A DNA stretch of 64,000 nucleotides, taken from positions 746-64,745 of the forward strand of contig JBFWRI010000009.1 of the NCBI GenBank assembly GCA_050248995.1, written 5' to 3'. Positions 49,365-62,015 of this stretch are shown here, piece by piece. The translations under genes were made by a program, and so were the position numbers. The first letter of the stretch is position 1. Each line of letters opens with the position of its first letter. This DNA is from Bdellovibrionales bacterium (GTDB taxonomy: Bacteria > Pseudomonadota > Alphaproteobacteria > JAIXQD01). The notes beneath the pieces are model-generated. The model was given only the letters and a program-made list of their open reading frames with translations. It was not told where the DNA came from and did not search any database.

Positions 49365-50321
49365 TTGGGGGGTTTAAGGCCTAAAAACAAGCATTACTTG
49401 CGCCCGGATTTGCTAGAAAAAGCCATGACCCGCGCCACCCAAGCCGCCTTTGCCGCCAACGCCACCCTGATCGGCGACCTGTGGCGCGTGACTGATGTAT
49501 CGGACCTTGACCCGACGTGGAAGCAGCCGGCAATGAATAACCGTAACCGCGATGGCGGTAAGGTTAGCGGGGTAACCTTCAACGGTACACATAAAGACCT
49601 CTACTACAAACCAATCGACTGCCGCGTTGAAGCTTTCCTCCTTACAGTATGTCGCCTGGCCGAAGTGCCGGTGCAGCATATGTACTTGATGGTGCCGAAT
49701 GACAAAGGCGAGTATCATGGCCTTAGCGAGCTTCTGCCCACACAATTTCGCGAACAAGATACGTGGAGCCCCGAGTCACAAAAGTCGGATCATCTCAAGA
49801 ACGTTGACCCTGCGAAGCTTGCCAAAGTGATGGCTGCCATCCTGTATCTTGAGCGCATTGATGCGTACGGCCAAAATGTCATGGTACGCGCCGACCGCCA
49901 CCCTATCCCGTGGTGGCAGGATGACGACGGTAATGAGCTCCCGCTTGGCGAACGCTGCCTACGCTTTACATGGTCCGGCAATATCCGTCTGATTGACCTG
50001 AAACAGTGCCAGTTTGGTGAAGATCATCTTCATCCAACGGTCGATGCGCCCAACCGTATCGGCTCGGTTTTCCAGATCAAGGACATCATCCGCGATCACC
50101 GCACAACGCTGCAGGAAAGCAATCCGGACGGCTTGCAAGCTTACGATACCGCATTCAAGGAAACATGGCGCCAGCTGCAGTTCATGCGTGGCGATGTGCT
50201 GACCGCGATTGCAGAAGATATGCTGCCCGGTACATGGCAGGATTACAAACCCCTGCGCGAAGCCATCACGAAGCTGGACGCGCGCAGCGTCACCCCGGTT
50301 GATAGCCTTGGGATTTTCTAG
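49365..50321 (+). CDS. protein-kinase-like fold protein (APH/ChoK-type motifs), paralog 1 of a tandem pair
   Basis: 318 aa. Gly-rich loop RDGGKVSGV, candidate beta3 Lys (LYYKP), helix-C Glu (RVEAF), Brenner-type catalytic loop ID-AYGQ-N-VMV (Asp at residue 166, Asn at 171, D-x4-N spacing), and metal-binding IDLKQCQFG (IDxx, as in APH/ChoK). No signal peptide. Lower GC than its neighbours. Confidence 0.5.
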   Translation: MGGLRPKNKHYLRPDLLEKAMTRATQAAFAANATLIGDLWRVTDVSDLDPTWKQPAMNNRNRDGGKVSGVTFNGTHKDLYYKPIDCRVEAFLLTVCRLAEVPVQHMYLMVPNDKGEYHGLSELLPTQFREQDTWSPESQKSDHLKNVDPAKLAKVMAAILYLERIDAYGQNVMVRADRHPIPWWQDDDGNELPLGERCLRFTWSGNIRLIDLKQCQFGEDHLHPTVDAPNRIGSVFQIKDIIRDHRTTLQESNPDGLQAYDTAFKETWRQLQFMRGDVLTAIAEDMLPGTWQDYKPLREAITKLDARSVTPVDSLGIF

Positions 50322-50323
50322 CC

Positions 50324-51130
50324 ATGGCAAAGGCGGCATCACCTCAGCAACGCAACTTCGACGATAATATTCAGCATATTGGCGCGCCATGGCGCATTCA
50401 GGCCACGGGTAAGCGCGACACAGCGTGGCAAAAGCCCGTGCAGTCACGCACGACAGGTTATAAGGTTTTTGCTACCGCGCTAAATGGCAAACCGCTTGAG
50501 CTTTACCACAAATCGCGCGACTGCCGCGTTGAAGCCTTCTTGATTACGCTATGCGGCCGCGCCGGCGTTCCTGTGCAGCGCATGTACTTGCGTCATGATG
50601 CCGCATCAAAACACGGCAACCTGTTTGCGGGCCTCAGCGAAATGGCTCCCGCAAGCTATCGCTCGGGCAGCCAAGGCCTGAAAACGCTTCAAAGGCTTAA
50701 TCCCGAAAAGCTGGGCCGCGTTATGGCCGCGATTCTTTATCTGGAACGCGATGATGACACGGGTGCGAACGTTTTATTTCAGGATATCGACGACGGGGAT
50801 ATCAGCTTGATCGACTTAAAGGAATGTTATTTTGGCCAACGCTGGTATGAAAAGCAGGATCTTGCCGGCTCTGTTCCTTACGACATTCGTTTCAAGATCT
50901 GCGCCCATCGCAAATATCTGAAAAAAGAAGATCCAGCGCGTCTCAAGGCCTATGACGACGGCTTTAAAGATACATGGGAGCGCTTGCGCGCGATGAAGGG
51001 CCCCATGCTGGAAGAGCTGGCTGCTGAAATGCTACCCACCACATGGCGGCGCCTTACCCCGCTCCGCAGCGCCATAAAGAAACTGAATAACCGCAGCAAC
51101 CGCACGCTGGCAAGCCTCGGGATTTTCTGA
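50324..51130 (+). CDS. protein-kinase-like fold protein, paralog 2 of a tandem pair
   Basis: 268 aa, collinear with paralog 1 (LELYHKSRDCRVEAFLITLCGRAGVPVQRMYL, RVMAAILYLERDDDTGANVLF, ISLIDLKECYFGQ, C-terminal SLGIF). It lies 2 bp after paralog 1. Confidence 0.5.
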   Translation: MAKAASPQQRNFDDNIQHIGAPWRIQATGKRDTAWQKPVQSRTTGYKVFATALNGKPLELYHKSRDCRVEAFLITLCGRAGVPVQRMYLRHDAASKHGNLFAGLSEMAPASYRSGSQGLKTLQRLNPEKLGRVMAAILYLERDDDTGANVLFQDIDDGDISLIDLKECYFGQRWYEKQDLAGSVPYDIRFKICAHRKYLKKEDPARLKAYDDGFKDTWERLRAMKGPMLEELAAEMLPTTWRRLTPLRSAIKKLNNRSNRTLASLGIF

Positions 51131-51165
51131 TAGCAAATCGCTGAAAGAAGAATATATTCGTCCGC

Positions 51166-51864
51166 ATGCAAGCCACACACTTTGTCGATTCCGCCGGACA
51201 CAAAATCGCCGTGCACGCTATTGAAGGCGAAGGTCCGGCTATTCTGTGGATACCCGGCCACAAGTCAGTGATGACCGGTGGCAGCAAATCCGAACCACTC
51301 CTTACGTTCTGCCGTCAAAAAGGTTATCGCTTTGTCGGTTTCGATTATGCCGGCTGGGGGCAATCGGGCGACACGCAACAAAAGTGGGATGTCGATACGT
51401 GGACGGGCAATATCGTCGACGTGATCGACAGCCTGCCCAATGAAAAGGTTATTCTGGTTGGCTGCAGCATGGGTGGCTACCTGATGCTGCTGGCACAACA
51501 GGCGCGCCCTGAAAAAGTATGCGGCCTGTTTGGTGTATGTCCGGGCTTTGGTGACTACGTCAACAAAACAGGCCGCAGGGAAGTCGCTTATAAGAACATA
51601 ACGCTGCCCCTTGATTACATAAGCGACCCGGTGCCGCACCATATCATCACCAAGCCGATTATTGTTGATGTGCCGCTTTACATTCTGGGCTCGGCGACAG
51701 ATGAAAAGGTTCCCGCGCCCACGTTCCATAATATGTTGCGAATGGTACAAAGCCCGCAGGCTGAAATCCACTTGACCCCGGACGGCGACCATTACTTCAA
51801 ACGCCCGCAGGATATTGAACTGTTCCTTGAAAAGCTGGATGCGTTTCGCCAGCGCTGCTTATAG
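51166..51864 (+). CDS. alpha/beta-fold hydrolase
   Basis: 232 aa with nucleophile elbow GCSMGG and a C-terminal His (DGDHYF). Confidence 0.7.
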   Translation: MQATHFVDSAGHKIAVHAIEGEGPAILWIPGHKSVMTGGSKSEPLLTFCRQKGYRFVGFDYAGWGQSGDTQQKWDVDTWTGNIVDVIDSLPNEKVILVGCSMGGYLMLLAQQARPEKVCGLFGVCPGFGDYVNKTGRREVAYKNITLPLDYISDPVPHHIITKPIIVDVPLYILGSATDEKVPAPTFHNMLRMVQSPQAEIHLTPDGDHYFKRPQDIELFLEKLDAFRQRCL

Positions 51865-53205
51865 GTCAGCCGCTTTCAGCGCTTCGTTCTGGCGCTTTCC
51901 CAATTCCTTTTCATCGAAACCTTCAATCAGCTTATTAAAATGCTGGTACCAGTTCACTTCAGCCTTCAGGCGCAGGAATACGCTACCCAACCCGATCGCG
52001 GCGCGGTCCATGAACACGAATTCACGCGGCACCGCAATACCGCCGCCAATCCTGCGCAGTTCGGCATGCACCTTGTTGGCCGTCAGGCGGCCGTATTGGC
52101 CAGTGTTGGTTTCTTCAATCAAACGTGGGCGGTCTTCCAGCAGTGGCGCCATGATGAACGATGCCCAGATGTTCAGGATATCAATAAGCTCTTTCGAGGG
52201 GCTCTTGAAACCCCACGCCTTGTAAGCATCCACCGCCATATCGGTATCGCCCGTGCGCACCGCGTGATATAACTTGATAACACCCGCCACCAACGACGGT
52301 TTGAACACACGCACACAGCCGTAATCCAGCAGGTTCAGCGACAAGTCTTTCTGGAATGTGTAATTGCCAAGGTGCGGGTCGCCATGGATCACACCGAAGT
52401 TATAGAACGGTACATACCATGCATTGAACATCGTCAGCGCCACTTTGTTGCGGTCAGCCAGCGGCTTCTTGGCAAGGCTGTCCAGATGCTGGCCATCCAG
52501 CCACGTCATTGTCAGTAATCTATCGGTTGAAAGCGCGTCTACCACTTGGGGCACATGCACATCGGGCTGGTTTTTCAGCATGTGGCGGTACAGGTTAATG
52601 TGTTTTGCTTCCAGCCGGTAATCCAGCTCTTCATGCAGGCGGTCGGCCAGCTCTTGCTGCACGTTGCGTGTATCAACGGCGCGGTCGATGCGTTCAAAAA
52701 CCGCCAGAATAACTTTCAGCTGCTTCAGGTCCGTTTCAACCGCCGACGCCATATCCGGGTACTGCAGCTTGCACGCCAGCGCCCGGCCATCCTTACTTTC
52801 AGCCTTGTGCACCTGCCCCAGCGACGCCGCGGCCACGGCATCCCGCGAGAAGCTTTTGAACTTGCTTTCCCAGTCGGCGCCCAGTTCGCTGGCCATGCGA
52901 CGTTTGACGAACGGCCAACCCATCGGTGGCGCATTGTTTTGCAATTCCTGGAACTGCGCTACGTATTCCGGTGGCACCAGATCGGGAATGGTGCCCAGAA
53001 TTTGCGCAATTTTCATCAACGGGCCCTTCAGGCCACCCAATGCCAGCTTTAGTTCTGCTGCGTGCTTGTTGCGGTCGATCTTCACGCCCAGATATTTCTC
53101 AGCACCCAGCCGCGCGCCCAGCTTGGCCATACCGGTCGTGGTTTTTACCGTGCGCACGGCACGGGCTTTTAAGTTGCTGTCGGATTTTTTCTTCTTCGGC
53201 GGCAT
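51859..53205 (-). CDS. ABC1/UbiB-family atypical kinase
   Basis: 448 aa with the ABC1 N-terminal motif ([17 protein letters not shown]) and catalytic region VHGDPHLGNYTF. Confidence 0.82.
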   Translation of the reverse strand: MPPKKKKSDSNLKARAVRTVKTTTGMAKLGARLGAEKYLGVKIDRNKHAAELKLALGGLKGPLMKIAQILGTIPDLVPPEYVAQFQELQNNAPPMGWPFVKRRMASELGADWESKFKSFSRDAVAAASLGQVHKAESKDGRALACKLQYPDMASAVETDLKQLKVILAVFERIDRAVDTRNVQQELADRLHEELDYRLEAKHINLYRHMLKNQPDVHVPQVVDALSTDRLLTMTWLDGQHLDSLAKKPLADRNKVALTMFNAWYVPFYNFGVIHGDPHLGNYTFQKDLSLNLLDYGCVRVFKPSLVAGVIKLYHAVRTGDTDMAVDAYKAWGFKSPSKELIDILNIWASFIMAPLLEDRPRLIEETNTGQYGRLTANKVHAELRRIGGGIAVPREFVFMDRAAIGLGSVFLRLKAEVNWYQHFNKLIEGFDEKELGKRQNEALKAADL

Positions 53206-53227
53206 GCGCTGAATATAGCGCTTTATT

Positions 53228-54262
53228 TTATGAACGCCAGCGCAGCGTGGTTTCTTTCACCGGATTATTGAATTCGCGGCCTTCAGCGGCAGCGCGGGTG
53301 TATTCGTTCTTCAGCTGGTAATACCAACGCGCCTGCGTATCGGCATCCTTGATCAGCAACAGGTTCTTCTCAAACTTCAGGCCTTCCTGTTGCCATTCCA
53401 CCGCGCGCTTGTCCTGCCCCAGGAAGATGCCGCCAAAAAACTTCACAATCGGCGCCAACACTACCATCCATGGCGCCGTCCAGTATACGCAATTCGTCAC
53501 CATCGTACGCTTGTCATCAATCGGCGTGACGCAGGTCAGGTTTACAACGCTGTTCTTGCCAACGCGAATGTGTTCGATACGCACGCCCGGCAGCTTGAAC
53601 GTGATCTCAGTTTCAGGCACCCCACCCAAAATCTTGTAGGCTTTCGAATTGCTGCTAGGGCGGTGACGCTCCATCGCCCAGCCATACGGGCGCGGGCCAA
53701 AAGCCTTGGCCTTTTCGTGTATGCTGCGCTGGGTGCGCCAGAACCATGACTGGTGCACAAACGGCCCGTGCGCCGGGTCCATCAACCCCACTACCGCATG
53801 ATCGATATGGCATGGAAATTCTTGCTGCAAAATCACGCTGGGCTGGCGTTCGCCGATATCGGGAAACACGGGAACAAATGATGCATCGGCGTCGCCATCG
53901 CCCATATAAATCCACACCTGCCCTTGCGCCTCGTGCGTTGGGTAATGCTTCACGCGAATCTTTTCAACGTTCACGCCCTCGCCGCCACACAGCGATGGAA
54001 TCGCGCAGCACTGACCATCGGTTTTAAAACGCCAGCCGTGATAGCAGCATTCAACTTCGGCACCATCAAACTGGCCGTACGAAAGTGGAATACCACGGTG
54101 CGGGCACACGTCGCGAAGGGCGCTGGCCTTACCCTCTTTATCGCGCAATAATATTATCGGTTGTCCAAGGTACTGCCTTTTCAGCATTTGGCCCTTGCGT
54201 AGGTGATCGCTGGGCACGGCGTGATACCAGATATTGCCTAAAAACTCGGTGCCTTCGTTCAT
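53228..54262 (-). CDS. Rieske [2Fe-2S] non-heme iron oxygenase (PaO/Tic55-like)
   Basis: 344 aa. Rieske box CPHRG...CCYHGW, a mononuclear iron-site His region in the middle, and a PaO-type C-terminal domain. Confidence 0.8.
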   Translation of the reverse strand: MNEGTEFLGNIWYHAVPSDHLRKGQMLKRQYLGQPIILLRDKEGKASALRDVCPHRGIPLSYGQFDGAEVECCYHGWRFKTDGQCCAIPSLCGGEGVNVEKIRVKHYPTHEAQGQVWIYMGDGDADASFVPVFPDIGERQPSVILQQEFPCHIDHAVVGLMDPAHGPFVHQSWFWRTQRSIHEKAKAFGPRPYGWAMERHRPSSNSKAYKILGGVPETEITFKLPGVRIEHIRVGKNSVVNLTCVTPIDDKRTMVTNCVYWTAPWMVVLAPIVKFFGGIFLGQDKRAVEWQQEGLKFEKNLLLIKDADTQARWYYQLKNEYTRAAAEGREFNNPVKETTLRWRS

Positions 54263-54351
54263 AAAGCTTGAAATCCCTTGGAATTGGCGTTTACTTTCGC
54301 CTTTTCTGGCTAGATTGCAATAAGAGATTTTAAAAGAAGAAGGAGATACTT

Positions 54352-54717
54352 ATGACGAAACTGATTGGCGTTTTCCCCGACCATAGCGACAAAGGCGCAT
54401 GGTATGCCTTTACGGGTTCACAACTGTGCACAAAAGGCACCGCATCCGCCGTTGTTGTTTATCTCCCGGGTTTTGTGAAAACCCCCACCCTTGCCATCGC
54501 CGAAATTGAATCTACTAACTTCAAGCCTGTTGGCCTTGCATGCTCTATCAACCCCGATCGTATCCGCGCGGCCCGTGCCGAAGACGGCTTGCCCGAAGGC
54601 GCTTCCGGCGTTGTCTACCTCAACCTGATGGGTGGCTGCGGCGGCGAAGCCGTTGTTGGCGAACGCGATAACCTGCAGGTCATCAATCTGGCTAGCGGCC
54701 GCCAGCTGAAATACTAA
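54352..54717 (+). CDS. hypothetical protein
   Basis: 121-aa ORF with a good context (AGGAGA about 7 nt upstream of the ATG) and no recognisable motif. Confidence 0.4.
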   Translation: MTKLIGVFPDHSDKGAWYAFTGSQLCTKGTASAVVVYLPGFVKTPTLAIAEIESTNFKPVGLACSINPDRIRAARAEDGLPEGASGVVYLNLMGGCGGEAVVGERDNLQVINLASGRQLKY

Positions 54718-54728
54718 GGGAATATTGC

Positions 54729-54968
54729 ATGCCACAGTTCTGGGGACCCTTTGACAGTTGCGTCAATCCGGATGAAGTACGGCACAACTCCGGTTATGCA
54801 CTGCGTGAACGCATCAGCGACAAAAGCGGTCGCAATCGTGGACAGGCACAGAAAACTGAACCTGTTCAGCCTTTCATTGGCCCGCCAACGCGCGAAGCAG
54901 CCGAAGCAAATGCCGCATGGGTCAACGCCGTATTACGAAACAGCACCCGTATAAAGTTTAAGAGATAG
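54729..54968 (+). CDS. small hypothetical protein
   Basis: 79-aa ORF directly after the previous one and followed by a terminator hairpin. Confidence 0.3.
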   Translation: MPQFWGPFDSCVNPDEVRHNSGYALRERISDKSGRNRGQAQKTEPVQPFIGPPTREAAEANAAWVNAVLRNSTRIKFKR

Positions 54969-54984
54969 AACAAGAAGAAAAGAA

Positions 54985-55020
54985 AAAGCCGCCCCCGGAT
55001 ATCTTCCAAGGGTGGCTTTT
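54985..55020. terminator. bidirectional terminator-like hairpin (AAAAGCCGCCC...GGGTGGCTTTTT)
   Basis: Imperfect GC stem with an A-run on one side and a T-run on the other, between convergent genes (54968 + and gapR -). Confidence 0.45.
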
Positions 55021-55047
55021 TAGATATTTGCTACGCTGAGCCGAATA

Positions 55048-55296
55048 TCACTCCATACCAATCGCGGCTTTGTAGAGTTCGAGCAGCTCATCCTGCTCGT
55101 TGCGCTGCTGGTCGGGCATCTTGCGCAGCTTGATGATGGTGCGCATGCACTTGGTATCAAAACCGGCTGACTTCGCTTCCGAGAACACTTCGCGGATATC
55201 AACGGCAAAAGCCTGTTTTTCTTCTTCCAGCTTTTCGATGCGTTCAATGTATTGTTTCAGGCGGGCACCGGTTACGGCTGCTGTACCATCTGGCAT
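55048..55296 (-). CDS. gapR: GapR (DUF2312) nucleoid-associated DNA-binding protein
   Basis: 82 aa. LKQYIERIEKLEEEKQAFAVDIREVFSEAKSAGFDTKCMRTIIKLRK...ELLELYKAAIG is collinear from memory with Caulobacter GapR ([47 protein letters not shown]...LDLYLSAIG). Confidence 0.8.
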   Translation of the reverse strand: MPDGTAAVTGARLKQYIERIEKLEEEKQAFAVDIREVFSEAKSAGFDTKCMRTIIKLRKMPDQQRNEQDELLELYKAAIGME

Positions 55297-55460
55297 GTAA
55301 AGTTCTCCCCTCAGGCTGCGTGTTGATGGCGCACCTTAAAGGAACGACTTGGGCACATTCAAGCCTGTGGAAAACTTAGCTGTGGACAAAAAGAACCCCC
55401 CTGCAAAACCCGTTGCAGCGGCTAATGGAAAGGAAGATTCATTCCCCCGACGGCCTGACC

Positions 55461-55775
55461 CTAGGGGCGGCCACGGCGAGCGTTATCGATTACCTCGAAC
55501 GGATCTATAATCTGCGGCGCCTGCGAGCGGCGCTGGCTGTTGTACTGTGTGCCCATCTGGAATGATGGATTATCCTGCGCGTTGCGTTGCGTGCCCTGCG
55601 GCACAGCCATCGGGGGCGATGCGATACTCGACGAACTCTGGGTGCTTTGGTAAACCCCTTTGTCGCACAGCGGCGGATGTGGGTCATCGCTTGGCGACGC
55701 ATGCGCAGGGAGTGGGAACGATAGAATCGCTGAAAGCAACACAGCCCCCGATACCGGCATTTTATTTTTCATCAT
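55461..55775 (-). CDS. small secreted protein
   Basis: 104 aa with signal peptide MMKNKMPVSGAVLLSAILSFPLPAHA. The mature part is Ser/Gln-rich. Confidence 0.45.
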   Translation of the reverse strand: MMKNKMPVSGAVLLSAILSFPLPAHASPSDDPHPPLCDKGVYQSTQSSSSIASPPMAVPQGTQRNAQDNPSFQMGTQYNSQRRSQAPQIIDPFEVIDNARRGRP

Positions 55776-55854
55776 GGTGCTGCCTGTTCAGGGTGACGGG
55801 AAATCATTTTTAAATACTGGATAATCCTACCAAAGGGATATTTAGGTTCCCTTA

Positions 55855-55897
55855 ATTCAAAAAAAGAAAACCGCCGCGAACAGGGGAATTCGCGGCG
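55855..55897 (-). terminator. rho-independent terminator (CCGCCGCGAA-CAGGGGAA-TTCGCGGCGG plus T-run on the minus strand)
   Basis: 10-bp GC stem followed, on the minus strand, by TTTTCTTTTTTT, 23 nt after the stop at 55920. Confidence 0.65.
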
Positions 55898-55919
55898 GCA
55901 TTTTATTCCTGAAGCGGGT

Positions 55920-56327
55920 TTATTCCGCGGCCTTCTTTTCCATGTGCTTGGCCTTTTTCTTGGCTTTCCAGGCCGCACGCTCTTCCGGGGTCATCTTGTC
56001 CCACTTCGCCTTGCGGGCCATCATCTTAGCCTTCGCTGCATCGCGCTCTTCGGGCGTCATCTGTTCCCACTTGGCCTTGCGTTCGGCATGGCGCTTCTTG
56101 GCGGCCTCGCGTTCAGCCGGTGTCATTTTTTCCCAGCGCGCCTTGCGCTCGTTATAACGCTGGGTTTTGCTGTCCACGGCTTCACCCTGACGATCGTCGT
56201 TCCAACGAATACTAGGTACCGAATTCGGCGATGCTGGATTATGGCCCGGGCCGGCAAACGCAGCAGCAGGGATCATGGCGGCTACAACAGCCAGTGCGAT
56301 AAGGCCTGTGCGTTGATACATTTTCAT
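55920..56327 (-). CDS. secreted repeat protein with three KW(E/D)(K/Q)MTPEER units (weak resemblance to LTXXQ-motif periplasmic proteins such as Spy/CpxP/ZraP)
   Basis: Start chosen at MKMYQ (SD AAGGAGAG upstream), giving a signal peptide. The C-terminal half is Lys/Ala/Glu-rich with three KW-K-MTPEER repeats. Tandem DNA repeats at about 55950-56160. Confidence 0.5.
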   Translation of the reverse strand: MKMYQRTGLIALAVVAAMIPAAAFAGPGHNPASPNSVPSIRWNDDRQGEAVDSKTQRYNERKARWEKMTPAEREAAKKRHAERKAKWEQMTPEERDAAKAKMMARKAKWDKMTPEERAAWKAKKKAKHMEKKAAE

Positions 56328-56426
56328 TGGGTGTCTCTCCTTCTGGAAATACCGCCGGGGCTGCCCGTGCGGTCTGCCTGTAGGTAGCAACCGAAATAAG
56401 CCGATTTTACGGCAACAGCTTGGCAA

Positions 56427-56458
56427 TAAAAAAACGCCCCGTTAACCGGGGCGTTTTT
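56427..56458. terminator. bidirectional rho-independent terminator (AAAAAAACGCCCCG-TTAAC-CGGGGCG-TTTTT)
   Basis: 7-bp GC stem flanked by an A-run and a T-run, 20 nt downstream of the stop at 56478. Confidence 0.6.
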
Positions 56459-56477
56459 ATTTCGAAACAGTCGCTGC

Positions 56478-57002
56478 TTAGCGCGGCAACATATTGTTCG
56501 GATTAGGGTTCGGCATATAGGCCGCCGCATCGTTGCCGTAAGTCGCAGGCTGCGCCTGAACCGGTTGCTGGGCGCTGATTGTGGCCGTTGGCGCCGCGTA
56601 CGTTGTCGTGAAATAGTCATCACCCGTAATCGTCACCGGAGCCATCGGCGCAGCAGCAGGCTGCTGGTTGCTGATGAAATCAGGAATGTTGGTCGAATAT
56701 ACCGGCGGACGGTCAATCGGCATCACAGCGGCGCTGGCGCCCGAGGCCGTATAGCTGCCCGAGAACGAACCGGTCATCGTGTTGCCCGTCGTCTTGAAGC
56801 TGTTGTCAACCGGGGCTTCGGCATCCGCATTTGTATAAACGCTACGGCCAACCGAGAATGGCTGTGAAGGATCCATCACGCCACTTGCCGTACGCGATAC
56901 GCGGTGCGAGTGATTGTGGTTCTGCTCCAGATAATTGGCGTGCGCAGCGGTCGGCACGGTGGCCACGGCCAGCATCGCAAAAATCGCAAAAATCGTTTTC
57001 AT
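56478..57002 (-). CDS. secreted hypothetical protein
   Basis: 174 aa with signal peptide MKTIFAIFAMLAVATVPTAAHA. The mature part is Ala/Thr/Pro/Ser-rich. Confidence 0.5.
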   Translation of the reverse strand: MKTIFAIFAMLAVATVPTAAHANYLEQNHNHSHRVSRTASGVMDPSQPFSVGRSVYTNADAEAPVDNSFKTTGNTMTGSFSGSYTASGASAAVMPIDRPPVYSTNIPDFISNQQPAAAPMAPVTITGDDYFTTTYAAPTATISAQQPVQAQPATYGNDAAAYMPNPNPNNMLPR

Positions 57003-57137
57003 CCCATGTCTCCTTCGAATCTCTGACCCGTCTTAAGTAGCGCCCCGGCAGGGACGAAGCAAGCAACGTTAATACTTTCATTAACGAATAAGTGCCTTTG
57101 CAGAGGCAAAGACGCTTATTTTCATGTTTTGTGTAGA

Positions 57138-57524
57138 TTAACGGCGGCTGGAGCCCCACTCCCAATCGGCCAGCGTTCCGGCCTTGCCCTGGTTCGGGTT
57201 GCTGATGTGCTTGATGCGCATCGGCGGATAAGTTTCACGGTACATCCGGACGGTGTTTCTTCTGTCATTCCACCACCAATCCATATGGGGTGCGGCTTCG
57301 GGTGCTGACGGGTCAAGGTTCAGACGGTTCCGCCACTGGCCGTACCCGGCGCGCTCAAACGGCTTGCGCACCGGCCACGTTATAACCCCGACGGCACTAC
57401 TGACCGGCCCGACATTCCGATAATGATCGCGGCGCATGTCATAACCCGTGTTAGCCTCGGCAGTAAGGGGGGCAATAACTAATACGGCTACAGCAGCCAG
57501 AACCCCGGCAAAAGAAACTTTCAT
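57138..57524 (-). CDS. secreted hypothetical protein (Trp/Arg-rich)
   Basis: 128 aa with signal peptide MKVSFAGVLAAVAVLVIAPLTAEA. Confidence 0.5.
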   Translation of the reverse strand: MKVSFAGVLAAVAVLVIAPLTAEANTGYDMRRDHYRNVGPVSSAVGVITWPVRKPFERAGYGQWRNRLNLDPSAPEAAPHMDWWWNDRRNTVRMYRETYPPMRIKHISNPNQGKAGTLADWEWGSSRR

Positions 57525-57610
57525 GGAATACTCCTTTGATTATGCCTGCATAGCATCCCTGGAATCGGAAATAAAAACGCCGCAGCACACAAAAATATAA
57601 AACCGACATA

Positions 57611-57635
57611 AAAAAGGGCCCGGCGAACCGGGCCC
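57611..57635 (-). terminator. rho-independent terminator of rpoC (GGGCCCGG-TTCG-CCGGGCCC followed by TTTTTTAT on the minus strand)
   Basis: Perfect 8-bp GC stem and a T6 run, 25 nt after the rpoC stop. Confidence 0.75.
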
Positions 57636-57659
57636 TCTTCTTATTGCATGCAAAAACGC

Positions 57660-61808
<4,149 letters not shown>

Positions 61809-61817
61809 GGTACTACC

Positions 61818-62015
61818 TCACTTAACTTCTGGCTTGCGACGCTTTTGCTTAGCATCCCATTGGCCCTTTGTATGTTCGCGTCTTATCGAACCGCCACCGG
61901 TGATGACGATTTCAACAACAGCCGTGTTACGTGCCGAACGGAAAACATGATCAAGGCCATCTGGATCACCGCTGAATTCACCTGTGATTGAGCAGTAGTT
62001 ATTTGGTTTTATCAT
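61818..62015 (-). CDS. small ORF (65 aa, MIKPNNYCSITGEFSGDPDGLDHVFRSARNTAVVEIVITGGGSIRREHTKGQWDAKQKRRKPEVK) inserted between rpoB and rpoC
   Basis: ATG at 62015 preceded by GGGGGAGAG (SD) with about 5-nt spacing. A-rich, AT3-biased codons unlike the flanking genes. Its stop lies 9 nt upstream of the rpoC ATG. The ORF track lists it as 61818-62030 using an upstream GTG. Confidence 0.4.
   Translation of the reverse strand: MIKPNNYCSITGEFSGDPDGLDHVFRSARNTAVVEIVITGGGSIRREHTKGQWDAKQKRRKPEVK

Noticed and set aside
57088-57121. Nested hairpin AATAAGTGCCTTTGC-AGAG-GCAAAGACGCTTATT downstream of the Trp/Arg-rich secreted-protein gene
   Set aside because: No adjacent U-run on the strand of the upstream gene. 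It could be a small RNA structural element, but nothing else supports an ncRNA call.
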